DNA from: Adineta vaga
Lineage: Eukaryota; Animalia; Rotifera
Direction: 5' to 3'
Assembly: GCA_021613535.1 (NCBI GenBank)
Contig: CP075495.1
Coordinates: 8,246,001-8,310,000 of the forward strand
DNA: 64,000 bases
The notes under the pieces were generated by a model, which was not told the DNA's origin, did no database searches, and was given only the letters and a program-made list of their open reading frames with translations. Position numbers and translations under genes: made by a program. Shown in pieces: positions 28,658 through 39,736 of this stretch. Every line of letters starts with the position of its first letter. The first letter of the stretch is position 1.

Positions 28658-31630
28658 TCACATGTATAAAAAGTTAAGCCATTGAAGTAACAGACATTGA
28701 TGTCTCTCTATTTGTAGTTTTACTCTTTTCAGTTGGAAAAAATGGCCCACGTAGTCATTTTTTGTTTTTTGATATGTATCCCAATAGAAAATATCGCTAT
28801 GGAATGACGAACGTATTAGATCGGTTTTCTCAATTCTTTCAAGTCTTTTCTTCATATATCTTTTGATGTAAAAATCTATATTATTTTCTTTAGTTATGTG
28901 GAATAGATCTGTTGCTCTAGCATAGGGACATCGATGAACCAGCCTTAACCCGTTACGGAATTTTCTTTCAAGACATTCTTTTTGAGTTTCTGTGAGTATG
29001 GGATATAGAGGAAATATCCATGCGAAGTAGGGAAAGCTATAGGCAAAAAAACATTTACGCAGAACGTCTGTCGATAGGCTTTTACCACTCTTAATCCATT
29101 TTAGTTTAGCAAATGTTTTTTGTATATTTTCGAGGGTTTTGTCAATTGTGGGCTGCAAGGACATCTTACTGGTCCATGTAAAACCTAAATATTTAAATTC
29201 TTCTACCTGTTCTAATTTGCGTCCTTGCATGGACACGTCTACTATCTGTTTTTGTACTTGTGAATAGAAAACTTGAACTACTGTTTTTGCTAAATTAATT
29301 GGTTGTTTCCACTTCTTCGAGTAGTCCGCTATCTTATCACAGACTCTCGTACCTTCTACTTCCAGAAAGTCGATCATAGGTTTGAGCTTTTTCGTTATTG
29401 AAGGAGTTATTAGGACGCTGAGGTCATCTGCAAATATGTGGCTTGCATGAGCACCTATACATGAAATCATATCACTATGATAAACAATAAATAGGTATGG
29501 GCTAAGGCTACTACCTTGCGGTAGGCCTGTGTGCATGTAGAGAACTCTAGAGTTGTGATCCCCATAATTTACATAAGCTCTTCGATTGCTCAGCCACGCA
29601 AGTAATAATTTCAGTATTCCTAGTGGTATACCTAATCTTTTTAGTTTGACTAAGAGACCTTTATGCCAGACTTTGTCATAAGCTTTCTGATAATCTACAT
29701 ACACCGCTAGTGTTGGTATATTCCCTGCCATATTATTTTTAACTTCCTGGTACATTGACAAAACTCTTGTCGGAAGAAGACAACCAGGACGGAAACCAGA
29801 TTGTTCATCCGGCACTAGTTTATTTGTTTCGGACCAGTGTCTTACTCTTTCCAGAATTATCTTTTCGAATATTTTAGAGTGCGTAGCTAAAAGTGAGATA
29901 GGACGTGTTTGATCACATCGAGGAACACCTGTTTTTAACTTATTAAGAGTAATTAATTTTGCTATTTTCCAAAAATCAGGATATTTGTATTCACTAATCC
30001 AAGAGTTAAAACAGTTCACTAGGCAATTAATATAGCCTGGAGGTACTCTTTTAATTATCGAGTTCGATATTTTGTCCAGCCCCGATGAGTTTTTTGGTTT
30101 AAGTTTCTTAATAAACTTTTTTACTTCCAATTCATTCGTTCTTTCTATCTTTTCATTCGATAATGACAACTTATGTATTAGCTCGCTATATTCTGTTTCT
30201 ATTTCTACATCATGTGGATCGCTCATGTCCATTATTTGTTCCTGAAACTGATCTGAATAGTATCGGTAGAGTTCGTTGCTAATTTCCATTCCGTTGGATA
30301 TTATTTTTTTGCCTGTATCTAACTTTGAGAATGCTGTTGATCTTGGTCTATATACGCGCGATAGGTGAGACCAAAAAGCTCTTTCTTTGTTGTCATGAGT
30401 CTCTTGAATTTTATCCAAAAACTCTTGCCATTTACTCGATTTATATTTTGCTATTTCAATTTTTACTTCTCGGGTCATAACTCGCAATAATATCCTCATC
30501 TCTTCATTATCCGTACCAGAATTTTTCGTATGATAGTATTTATTCCTTACTTTCTTTACTGCTTTTAGTTTCTCAATTAAATACGAAGGCAATGATGGTC
30601 TGAATTTTTCTTTTTCTTTCCATGTTGTTAGCCTATTTTTCAGAGCAGCGAGAAATCTTACATAGTTAGTATACCATTCATCTGCTTGAGTCCCGATGTT
30701 TTGCTCTCTCGTCCAGAAATTTTGTAGTAGTACAAGAATTGCTTCATAAACTTTCCAGTTGACATATGGAAACATCCCACTTTCCTCAATACCTATTTTT
30801 TCGAATGTGACTAATATAGGCCAGTGATCACTCGTACCAATAAGTGGAGTTTCACATCTTACTGCATCTATATTTGTAAACGCTAAATCTATGTTTCTCT
30901 CCGAACGTTTTGAAGAGTGGTGAGTCGATGGGATGTAGTACAGATTATTTCTTTCGACCCATTCTTTTACTTTTCGACCTCTAGTATCCGTCGTCAAGCT
31001 ACCATATTCTTTTGCTGTTGCATTAAAATCTCCGGTTATGATAGTGTTCTCAGTAATATAACTTTCTAACTCCTCTAGTGAACTACTCTGTTCAGCCGGC
31101 CAATATATTGCTATTATTCTGATTGCTTCTGTGCCTATACTTACGTCTACAATAACTATATTTTTAATATCAATGTTTATTCGTGTTCCCTTTAAATGTT
31201 TTCCTACTGCGACACAAACACCTCCACTTTTATTTGTTCCATCTTGATGGAAGATATCAAAATGGGGTACTTTCGTGGTGTTCCAAAGCTCTCCTACTTC
31301 TGTGAACACGCATATAGATGCTTCTGTTTTATATACCATATCGGTGACCTCTAAACTTCTAGATCCCCATCCTAGGACATTATAACAAAGAATTATAAGC
31401 GGCGATTCTTTAGTAATGTTTTTCTGTCTAGTAGTCTCCCACTGGGAAAAAAAATTTTCTAATGTTCCTGCTGCGTACCACTCTGTAAGCATTTTATCTA
31501 CTAGTTTTTGATCATTCTGATGAAAACCCCACTGAAAAAGCTGGTTCATCGCTATTTCTTTCTTATTAATGGTCTTAATGGGATAAAAAGGTTTAGCTTC
31601 GGCTTTTAAATGTGAAGATAAGACACTCAT
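28658..31630 (-). CDS. LINE ORF2: AP endonuclease plus reverse transcriptase (990 aa)
   Basis: APE motifs YNVLG, VFTE, GDFNA, IDL, SDH. RT motifs RPISLL, QSGFR, DYQKAYD, GLPQGSSLSP, IFADD, KYLG. No obvious RNase H or C-terminal CCHC. Confidence 0.96.
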   Translation of the reverse strand: MSVLSSHLKAEAKPFYPIKTINKKEIAMNQLFQWGFHQNDQKLVDKMLTEWYAAGTLENFFSQWETTRQKNITKESPLIILCYNVLGWGSRSLEVTDMVYKTEASICVFTEVGELWNTTKVPHFDIFHQDGTNKSGGVCVAVGKHLKGTRINIDIKNIVIVDVSIGTEAIRIIAIYWPAEQSSSLEELESYITENTIITGDFNATAKEYGSLTTDTRGRKVKEWVERNNLYYIPSTHHSSKRSERNIDLAFTNIDAVRCETPLIGTSDHWPILVTFEKIGIEESGMFPYVNWKVYEAILVLLQNFWTREQNIGTQADEWYTNYVRFLAALKNRLTTWKEKEKFRPSLPSYLIEKLKAVKKVRNKYYHTKNSGTDNEEMRILLRVMTREVKIEIAKYKSSKWQEFLDKIQETHDNKERAFWSHLSRVYRPRSTAFSKLDTGKKIISNGMEISNELYRYYSDQFQEQIMDMSDPHDVEIETEYSELIHKLSLSNEKIERTNELEVKKFIKKLKPKNSSGLDKISNSIIKRVPPGYINCLVNCFNSWISEYKYPDFWKIAKLITLNKLKTGVPRCDQTRPISLLATHSKIFEKIILERVRHWSETNKLVPDEQSGFRPGCLLPTRVLSMYQEVKNNMAGNIPTLAVYVDYQKAYDKVWHKGLLVKLKRLGIPLGILKLLLAWLSNRRAYVNYGDHNSRVLYMHTGLPQGSSLSPYLFIVYHSDMISCIGAHASHIFADDLSVLITPSITKKLKPMIDFLEVEGTRVCDKIADYSKKWKQPINLAKTVVQVFYSQVQKQIVDVSMQGRKLEQVEEFKYLGFTWTSKMSLQPTIDKTLENIQKTFAKLKWIKSGKSLSTDVLRKCFFAYSFPYFAWIFPLYPILTETQKECLERKFRNGLRLVHRCPYARATDLFHITKENNIDFYIKRYMKKRLERIEKTDLIRSSFHSDIFYWDTYQKTKNDYVGHFFQLKRVKLQIERHQCLLLQWLNFLYM

Positions 31631-33466
31631 CTATCTGATCATATTTTGATTATGTTCAGTGTTCGATTTGTAATTGTCGGCTGTCTTGGCTTGATCCATT
31701 GGTGATAATTGTGGTTGTGGTGAGTTGATTTGATTTCGATGCATCGTATGTTCTACATACAATTGCTTAATACAATCACCAGTAGTATCAAAAAGTTTTT
31801 GTAATTCTGCTTGTTTGTGTGCTAGTCCTGCTATATTTTTGGACATCAATGGCCAAATAAAACTATGAATTATATCATTTTGTACTTGTAAGCATTTGAT
31901 GATTATGTCCTCATGAAGTCGAATATTTTGTCTTGTTTGTTCCATCTTACTGTTGACTTGATCTATTTTATCGTCAATACATTTGATAATTTCCTGCGTA
32001 TTTATCATATTTTGATTTAAGGTATGCAGCAGTTTCATTGGTTCATCATCCATACTTCCATCGATCATTGTTTGCGGTTGAGTTGACTGTTGTTTCCATG
32101 GATTGGGTTTCGATGATATTGATGGCAGAGCTGGAAATTCATTTGGATTCATTTGACATTGTTTCTGCTGAGTTCCAGCTTGTGGTATTGACCGTTTCAA
32201 TTTTCCAGCTGCAATAGCCTCATCCACTTGTTGCTTCAATTCGTTTCGATATTCCATTATTTTCTCACAAGCATTTGATAGCGAGTGGTGATCCCCTTGA
32301 CATTGAGCACATCGGGAAATATTCGAACAATTGTGAGTTTGTCCGTCAAGCAGATTGTCTAGGCAGGTACGACAACGTGGATGTTCCATTTCACATTGAT
32401 TTCTCATATGACCTATACACCAACAACGAGTACAAAATGTCATTTTGTTACCTGTTAAGAAGGGTGTAATTGTGCAGAAGCTATTTCCAATTGCTAGTCT
32501 TCCTAATTTTAATGTTGAGTTGTATTCACGAAGATCTTTCACCATAAAGCGATAGTCGTTTGATTTCCGTTGAAAGCGATATTGGATGCGTCTTACATTC
32601 TCCATAGATTTTATGCTTTTCTCGATTTCTCCTTTGACAAAATCGTCGGAGTATTGTGCTGGTACATATCGAACTACCAGAGCGAATGAGTCTGGAATAA
32701 ACTTAGGTTTAATAATTGTGATACCAATATTATTGATTTGAGTTGGCCAATGTGGAGTAGATACTAATGTTGCATATATTTCTTTATCATTAACTCCTAA
32801 TTTTAATCTGTTGCCTGCGTGTCCGACAAGTGAAAAACTTATTGAGATTTTGTTTGCCTTGAAATGGTCTTCAATTATTCCAGCAGCTACTACGTCCGAT
32901 GGACGAGCATTCGAGTCTTCTGTTTGATCATATTCTATGAAGAAGCATGGCAAATTGCTCGATACCGCTCGTCTCAGTTGTTCGAAAGGAATACGTTGTT
33001 GATGCTCTTTTGTTTCTGATAAATTATCCTGGTTTGGTCTATAAGTTCGACGATTAGTTGTAGGTGGTGTTTTTTGCGTTGTTGATGATGTTGTATTTTG
33101 ATTTGAGCTATTTTGTCTAGGATTTGATCTAATTCGTTGTTGTTTAGCTACTTGGTTACCATCATTCTCACTTTGTTCCAGACCACGTTTCGGTGTACAA
33201 GGTGTAGATGTTTCTAACTGATGGTTCGTAGGTTGCTGATTGGATGTATGCGAAAAGTTTTGATGTATGGCGAGTGCAAAACCGGGATTTTCACGAATTT
33301 GTGCAATCATCTCTTCTAAATCGTATGTCGTTGAGCTGTTGTTCATACTTGTATCTTTCTGTTCACTTGATTTCGACGTTGAGCTCGAGTTTTGGCTATT
33401 TATTTTCTGTTTTTGCAATGAGAGTTTTGGCTTGAAGTAATAATTCTCATTATTATTTTTCCCCAT
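31631..33466 (-). CDS. LINE ORF1 (gag-like, 611 aa, three zinc knuckles)
   Basis: CTRCWCIGHMRNQC, CRTC..HNC and CAQCQGDHHSLSNAC after an RRM-like region, followed by a C-terminal coiled coil. Confidence 0.92.
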   Translation of the reverse strand: MGKNNNENYYFKPKLSLQKQKINSQNSSSTSKSSEQKDTSMNNSSTTYDLEEMIAQIRENPGFALAIHQNFSHTSNQQPTNHQLETSTPCTPKRGLEQSENDGNQVAKQQRIRSNPRQNSSNQNTTSSTTQKTPPTTNRRTYRPNQDNLSETKEHQQRIPFEQLRRAVSSNLPCFFIEYDQTEDSNARPSDVVAAGIIEDHFKANKISISFSLVGHAGNRLKLGVNDKEIYATLVSTPHWPTQINNIGITIIKPKFIPDSFALVVRYVPAQYSDDFVKGEIEKSIKSMENVRRIQYRFQRKSNDYRFMVKDLREYNSTLKLGRLAIGNSFCTITPFLTGNKMTFCTRCWCIGHMRNQCEMEHPRCRTCLDNLLDGQTHNCSNISRCAQCQGDHHSLSNACEKIMEYRNELKQQVDEAIAAGKLKRSIPQAGTQQKQCQMNPNEFPALPSISSKPNPWKQQSTQPQTMIDGSMDDEPMKLLHTLNQNMINTQEIIKCIDDKIDQVNSKMEQTRQNIRLHEDIIIKCLQVQNDIIHSFIWPLMSKNIAGLAHKQAELQKLFDTTGDCIKQLYVEHTMHRNQINSPQPQLSPMDQAKTADNYKSNTEHNQNMIR

Positions 33467-33546
33467 TTATTAAAAAACGAGGAAAAAAGTAAGTAAATAA
33501 GAAGAGAAAAAATGAAGAAACAAAAGGAATGTATGAATGGTGCGTG

Positions 33547-33580
33547 CGTCTATTCACGAGATAGACAAGGATGAGAATGA
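33547..33580 (-). promoter_or_regulatory. Internal Pol II promoter of the LINE (Inr + DPE)
   Basis: The minus strand starts TCATTC with A+1 at 33578, and AGACG occupies exactly +28 to +32 (33551-33547). Confidence 0.72.
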
Positions 33581-33592
33581 TTATATTATGAT
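33580..33592. repeat. Target-site duplication, right copy
   Basis: ATTATATTATGAT, identical to 28303-28315. Confidence 0.88.
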
Positions 33593-33756
33593 GCGACATA
33601 TGTGTTTTTGTTCTTTTCTTTAGTCAAGGTTAACCATTTTTTTTTCGATCGTTTTCTTTTTTTGAGTAGTTTATTATAATTTATTTTTTTCGGAAAAAGA
33701 AAAAGCACAAAGAAAAACGAAACTGATGAAGAAAAGAAAGTCGAAATAAGATCTGA

Positions 33757-35042
33757 TCAATGTGGTCGCATAGTTTTGAATACATTGACAAATTTGTCGA
33801 ATGCTTCTTGTGAACGATTTCTTCTCATTCCAAGAGAAGTTGCTGCTGCCGATGTCGTTGGTATTGCTCCTGAATCTGTTGGACTAGAATTATTTGAATG
33901 ATCAAATCGTACTTGATCATAATCTTCATCCGTGATATCATATCCATGTGTAATAATTAAAATTAATAAACGTTTGATTTCCATAATATCAACATGAGTT
34001 TTAATTGTTTCATCAAGTGTTTCATCGTATATTTTCGAATATTCTAAACAAATTTCACCTAAATCTTTCTCTTCATGTCCGATTATTGTTCGTATCACAG
34101 TGGGATAATCGATAGGTACTTTTTCTAAAGCTTGTCGAAGAGCTTTTGAATAATAAACACCAGGTGATCGTGTATATTCGACAATATCTTGAAAACATTC
34201 AATATGATTTTGTCCTTGAAATTCTCGTTCAATTGCTTCTTGTATAGGTCCTCCATATTTATCTTCATAAATATCGAATATAGCTGCTAATTGTGAGAAA
34301 GCATCATGTGTAAAAATCTTGATAAATGTATCATAATCAATTCCTGGTGTACCTTCACCAGCTTCATATAGTTTTTTAGCAATCATTTTTGCAACTGTCA
34401 CTGAATGTCCTGGTTCTTCATAACGTTTTCCAAGAAGCAAATTAATTAATAACTGTGATGTAATACTATCTGAACCTTCTACAAGTTCAATATCTTTTTC
34501 AATAGGATTTTCAAATAAAGTTTCGTAAGTTTCTTTCATTTTTTGTGCATCTTCATTATTTAATGCTAATAGAATTTCAACTAATTTTCTTGATATATCA
34601 TAATTGATTTTATCCATTAGTTTCAATGTTAATAAATCATGAAAATCACGTGCATATAATTCGATGGGTTCAATTAACATCGCTAATGTGCATGAACGCA
34701 TAGGTGATTCTGGTCGTTCAAGAACCATATCAACAAGTTTATATTCATATTCAAATTCAAGATCATGAACAAGTATTATACGTTGTTCACAGGTATAAGA
34801 TGAAAGAAAATGAAGAATATAATCTAAATCTAATGTATGCGCTGTAATACAATGTTTCATTATTTTACATAGATGTTTTGTATCACGTTTATAATCGAAA
34901 TCTGTCGTATGACCAAACGAAGGAACAGTTGATTGTCTCTGAAGATTTGAGAAAAAGAAAAAATTAATTATTTAATGTTTAATTAAAGGATATTTACCTT
35001 CAATGAAGCTCTAGTTAGTAAACGATTAGATAAGACATGCAT
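33757..35042 (-). CDS. Divergent annexin-like protein, 2 exons
   Basis: AKKLYEAGEGTPGIDYDTFIKIF, IQEAIEREFQG, YYSKALRQAL, VIRTIIG..EKDLGEI. The first exon MHVLSNRLLTRASLK splices in frame. Confidence 0.8.
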
Positions 35043-35845
35043 TTATTTTTATTTGTTATTGAAAACAAAATTTGAGAGATGAGAATGTAAAAGGTTAGAA
35101 TTTTATATATCAGTCATAAAAGATTAATTTTACAATATGAGAAAAAATGTCGTGGACTTACTGGCAGCCGTTTCTCTAATTTCGTTAGATTACTATCATA
35201 TGTTTTCGATCGTACAAGTGTTGACGTCGCTTTTTTTATATCCGTTGAAGAAACATGAGAAAGTTTACGTAATAAACCAGCCATTATCAATATGAATTGA
35301 CTTTCAATTGATTAGTTAAGAATACAAAAAGAGAGAATAACTTAAAATGATAAAGTAATAATATTTGTTGATGTTATTTATATGAGAAATAGATATTCGT
35401 AACGAAAAAATACGAAATAGAAAAATACGATTAATTCGTTTTTGGTCGTGTCATTTAAATGATGATACGAGGGAGAAAGGGATAATATGGAGGATGAAAA
35501 AAAGAAAAAAACATGTGCATCTTTTAAGTCATGCTTGGTCGATTTATCTCTAGATATATGAATTGTTCACTAGTAGAAAAGAAGAACAGATTAAATATGA
35601 GACATTGATTCTTTTGCCTACGTCTTGGACATATAACTAAGTACTTTTTTTTCTTTATTCATGAGTCACATAAATATATGTATATGTATATATAATAGAA
35701 AGGCTGTGATCGGAGAGTATTTTAAAGGACATTGACGAGTCGACTAAAGGGCAAATGAAGGTCAGATAAAGTGCAATCAGATAATTCTAAATGAATTAAA
35801 CTCATACTGAATATATTTTAAAATCAAAACAAATCGATCTATTGT

Positions 35846-37299
35846 TTATGTCTTCTTTTCTGCTATATATTCATCAATAATATTTCGCATTGTACGAATT
35901 TCATTTGGATTGACATGACAACAGCCACCGATGTATTTTACACCTGCATCAATATAAGAACGAATATATGATGAAATTGATTGTCCTTGATAGTTAAATT
36001 CACTAAATAGATTTGATTTGACAAGAAAAGAAGTATTAATGATGATTATGATTACTATTTTTCGCTGTCCCAAATGACACCCGCGTTAGGATAAGCAATC
36101 AAATCACGATTAGTATGCCGTATTCTTTCAATAAGAGGAAGAACATTAGTTGGTTGTACACAATTGACGCCAACAGCAATAATTTGATCAGGAGATTTAA
36201 GACAAATGGATGAAGCTGCTTCTTCAATCGGTTCACCATGCGCAGTTGTTGTCGAATTCTAAATAGATTTAGAAAGAAAAAGAATGACCTAACCGAACAT
36301 ATGTTGTTCAGATGAACGTTTGAGAATAATGTTTTCTTAAAGTACGTTAGAAATGACGTCATAGAAGATCAATATTTATTTTCAATTCTTAGAACGAAGA
36401 AATATGATGATCTGTTCGATTAAATAATTATTAGCAAATAGCACATTCAATTGTATTTTTCTTCTTCTAGGATCTATTCAACCATAGACCAAAAACGTTC
36501 TTTCAATACCTGGCAATTGAAAGAGAGCCATCCTTTTAAATTTGGAAATTCTTTTAGTAATTCAACAACTGCTTCTGCTTCTTTTTGCGATGGAATAGTT
36601 TCAAAGGCAATTAAATCTGGTTCAGCACGTGCTAATATAGATAAACGAGGTCGATGCCAATCTTTGAATTGCTAAAAAAAAAATTTATCAATAATTCTAT
36701 AGAAATCTAAATAAAAAATGATTCAATTGAAATACCTCGATAGTCATCGAATCTGTATACCATCCATTGAATTCACTTCCATCCGAAAGCATTGCTCCAT
36801 ATGGACCAATTGAAGCTGCCACGTAACACTCTGCTTTTTCTTCATCTATATATAACAAAACATGAAAATATTTCACATCAAAATCTAACTAACCAATAGC
36901 TTGACGAGCAACTTTTACAGAATTGAAAATCGTTTCTTCTGCTTGTTCATAAGACATTTCACAGCATTTCATTAAACTATCTGTTGAAACTTGATATGTA
37001 GCTGTTAATATTATATCACATTTAGCTTGAACAAAACTATACTATATTCAAATAAGTATTTAGAACATATTTTTATCCTATCAACGTACGCTTGATGTAC
37101 TTTTACAAGCTGTTCAGGCTGTTTGACTAAGATTTTTCCAGACCTATGAAAAGTAAATCATTTAACTAAGAAAAAAAGTTCTTTTTGAATCTATTAACCA
37201 TAAGGGATCACTAAGAATATTCAATCCATATTCCTGTAATGTTGTGCCAAGACCACCATCAATTAAAATAATTTTCTTATTTAAACCTGAAAAATTCAT
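35846..37299 (-). CDS. mmuM: Homocysteine S-methyltransferase (MmuM/HMT family), multi-exon
   Basis: IDGGLGTTL, DPLWS, ILTATYQ, AASIGPYGA..DGSEF.G, DLIAFETIPS, AVGVNC, YPNAG, IGGCC. Confidence 0.88.
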
Positions 37300-37473
37300 C
37301 TAAAATAATTTCTTTTCCGCTGTTATTATTTTTTCCCCGCTTGATTTTTCCTTTTTCATTGACATACAAAAACAAAAGGAAATAATTTTATTTGAAATAG
37401 AATTTCTTTGTTCTTGATTTTTTTTCTTTGTCTTCATCATTGTCATCGTATCTTTCATTTTTCTTGGCATTAG

Positions 37474-38777
37474 AAAAGAGAAAAATTGATGATTGTCATA
37501 TAGAAGAAAAAGAAAATCTTCTTTACGATCAAACAAACATTTCTCTGATGTTTCACGATGATATACAAACACAACTGACGCACAGTATAAAACGGAATAC
37601 GAATGAACATCCAATCGATCGTATATATGCTGAACATTATAATGTCACTCATCTGATGAAAAATTCGTCAATCAAAATTCCATCAGATGATTATAAATCG
37701 GAAACAAAACATATTATTCAACGTCAACGAGTGATACGTTCATTTTTAAATAAATCTGATGAAATTGATGTAAGTAAATACTCAATTCGATTAAACTGTA
37801 ATGGAATTATTCGAAAGTAAGCTCTTACTTTTGTTAGAATTCGTAGCTGCTTAACTAACATGATAGTATAGTGAAGAATAGAATGAATGCTTTTATCTAC
37901 TTCGTACTCATTTTCATTTAAAATTATCTATTTAATTGAATAGTTTCAACCATCACCTCGTAAACCAATCATACTCGATACTCAACCAACATTTCTATCA
38001 ATAACATCTATCTCATCATTACCTTCACCATCAATTTCTGAACTAAATGATCAATCAACAAATAATAATAATCGTCAACAGAAAATCGATCGACATTCTC
38101 CTCTACTAATTCGTCGTCATCGTCCAACTATGGAAAATGTTTCTTTTAATCAACAAATGTTAGATACACCAAATGCGTCTCCCAATCAATTATCATTCTC
38201 ACTTCCAACAAGTTTTATCTTTCGAAATCGACCATCACGTGTAGTTCGTTCTGATCGATCATCGTATAAAATCAAAGATCGAATTTCATCTCCACGTATC
38301 AAAACATTGAAATATACGAAACCATCGAATGAAATCAAACAAAATCTATTCAATTCAAAATCAACTTATCAAAATAAATCATCTTTAATACCAATACTAA
38401 CATCAACATTAATTGAACAAGAAACAACACATAATCGAACATTAACGGATACGTTACGATCGAAATCACAACCGGTAAGACTACCAAAATCTCGTCTTTC
38501 TCATCAATTACAATTGGAAAGAATCAATACAACTCTGAAATCAAATGATCTTCAAGATTTATACATATCACCACGATTAGTATATAGTTCTCAACAAGAT
38601 ATGGATATACATACAAATTCGATGCAGAAAAAAGAATCAATTCTTGAAGAATGTAAGTTTATAAAAACTCAACAATCAGTTATCTTTTCCTTTCCTTTTG
38701 AGACATATTTAGCTTCTTAGTTGTCAAATGTCATGAATCACACAAACCGGAAATAAGCACGAGAATAGATTTTTGAA
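37474..38777 (+). CDS. Uncharacterised Ser/Arg-rich low-complexity protein (boundaries approximate)
   Basis: ORFs 37428-37820 and 38130-38720 have flanking GT/AG sites. No domain recognised. Confidence 0.4.
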
Positions 38778-39067
38778 TTTCTAAATTTTCAAACAACAAA
38801 AAATAACGGAAATGAATAATTATTATTTCTACTTAAATAATAAAACTAAGTAGCTCTTTGTATACTAATGTTTATTTCATCACAATCAGATGATTTCTGC
38901 ATATAATTAACTTCAATTATCAACAAGCGACCTACTTTCCACGTGAAAAAAATTTTGAGGACTTTCTTCAAGTTATATTATCTCAAGTAGATTTTCTCCT
39001 ACGAAAAACTTATTGACAGATTCTCATACTAGGTTGTTTAATCATATACGTTTTCTTCTTCACATAG

Positions 39068-39354
39068 GGGAAGATTTGAAATCGAACGCTACCGATGTTG
39101 TATCAGATGAAGATGAATCAATTCATAGTAGTGGAAATAGTTCAACATCGACATGTCATTCTCAAACGTATATTGAAGAAAATCAAGATAAATCTTCGAC
39201 ATTTATTCTCGGTAATGGTCTTCCAGAAAGTCAACATTCATCAATACAACGAAAAATACCACCACGACGACGACGACGACACGCATATAATATACCTTTA
39301 CCGCCCGTTGTTGAACATGATGAAGAAGAAGAAACAGGTGATAACTTTCGTTGA
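39068..39354 (+). CDS. Terminal exon of an uncharacterised protein
   Basis: An AG acceptor at ~39067 is followed by an open frame with RRRRRHAY..LPPVVE. The upstream exon could not be resolved. Confidence 0.35.
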
Positions 39355-39736
39355 CAAAGATTTGGTTTCTATGTATATAAAACTTTTCTGATGATATTTA
39401 TACAGATCTAACGAAAATTCTCGAGAAAATTTCTTCTCTTCAAAAGAAAACATTTGATAAGAACAAATTCGAAGAATCATTTACAGATGAAGATAGTTTA
39501 ACATTTCAATTATTAAATCAACAAGAAACAGAATTCGAAAAAAAACTATCCAAATTAAGAAAATATTCATTCAAACGAAATTAATACAAAAATATTTTCC
39601 TTGTCTCTTGTTTATCTATTGAATGACGAAGAAAAGAAATATTTATATACATATGCATTAAAATACAATCAAACCATTTACTTTATGTTATTATAAAATA
39701 ACATTACTATAGAAAAGATGTGTACCGAGTTTATTT

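Larger units (their letters stand above)
28315..33579 (-). mobile_element. Full-length non-LTR retrotransposon (jockey-type LINE, Hebe-like)
   Basis: 22-nt poly(A) (T run 28315-28336), AATAAA at 28349-28354 on the minus strand, two intact ORFs, flanking direct repeat ATTATATTATGAT at 28303-28315 and 33580-33592, and higher GC than the flanks. Confidence 0.95.

Noticed and set aside
28385-28669. 94-aa basic ORF on the plus strand
   Set aside because: Antisense reading of the pyrimidine-rich LINE 3' UTR.
35695-35760. ATCACAGCC miR-2-like seed on the minus strand
   Set aside because: No complementary arm, and the rest of the sequence does not match miR-2/13.
35846-37299. Homocysteine S-methyltransferase as an HGT gene
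   Set aside because: The family is also present in many animals, so origin cannot be judged without a tree.
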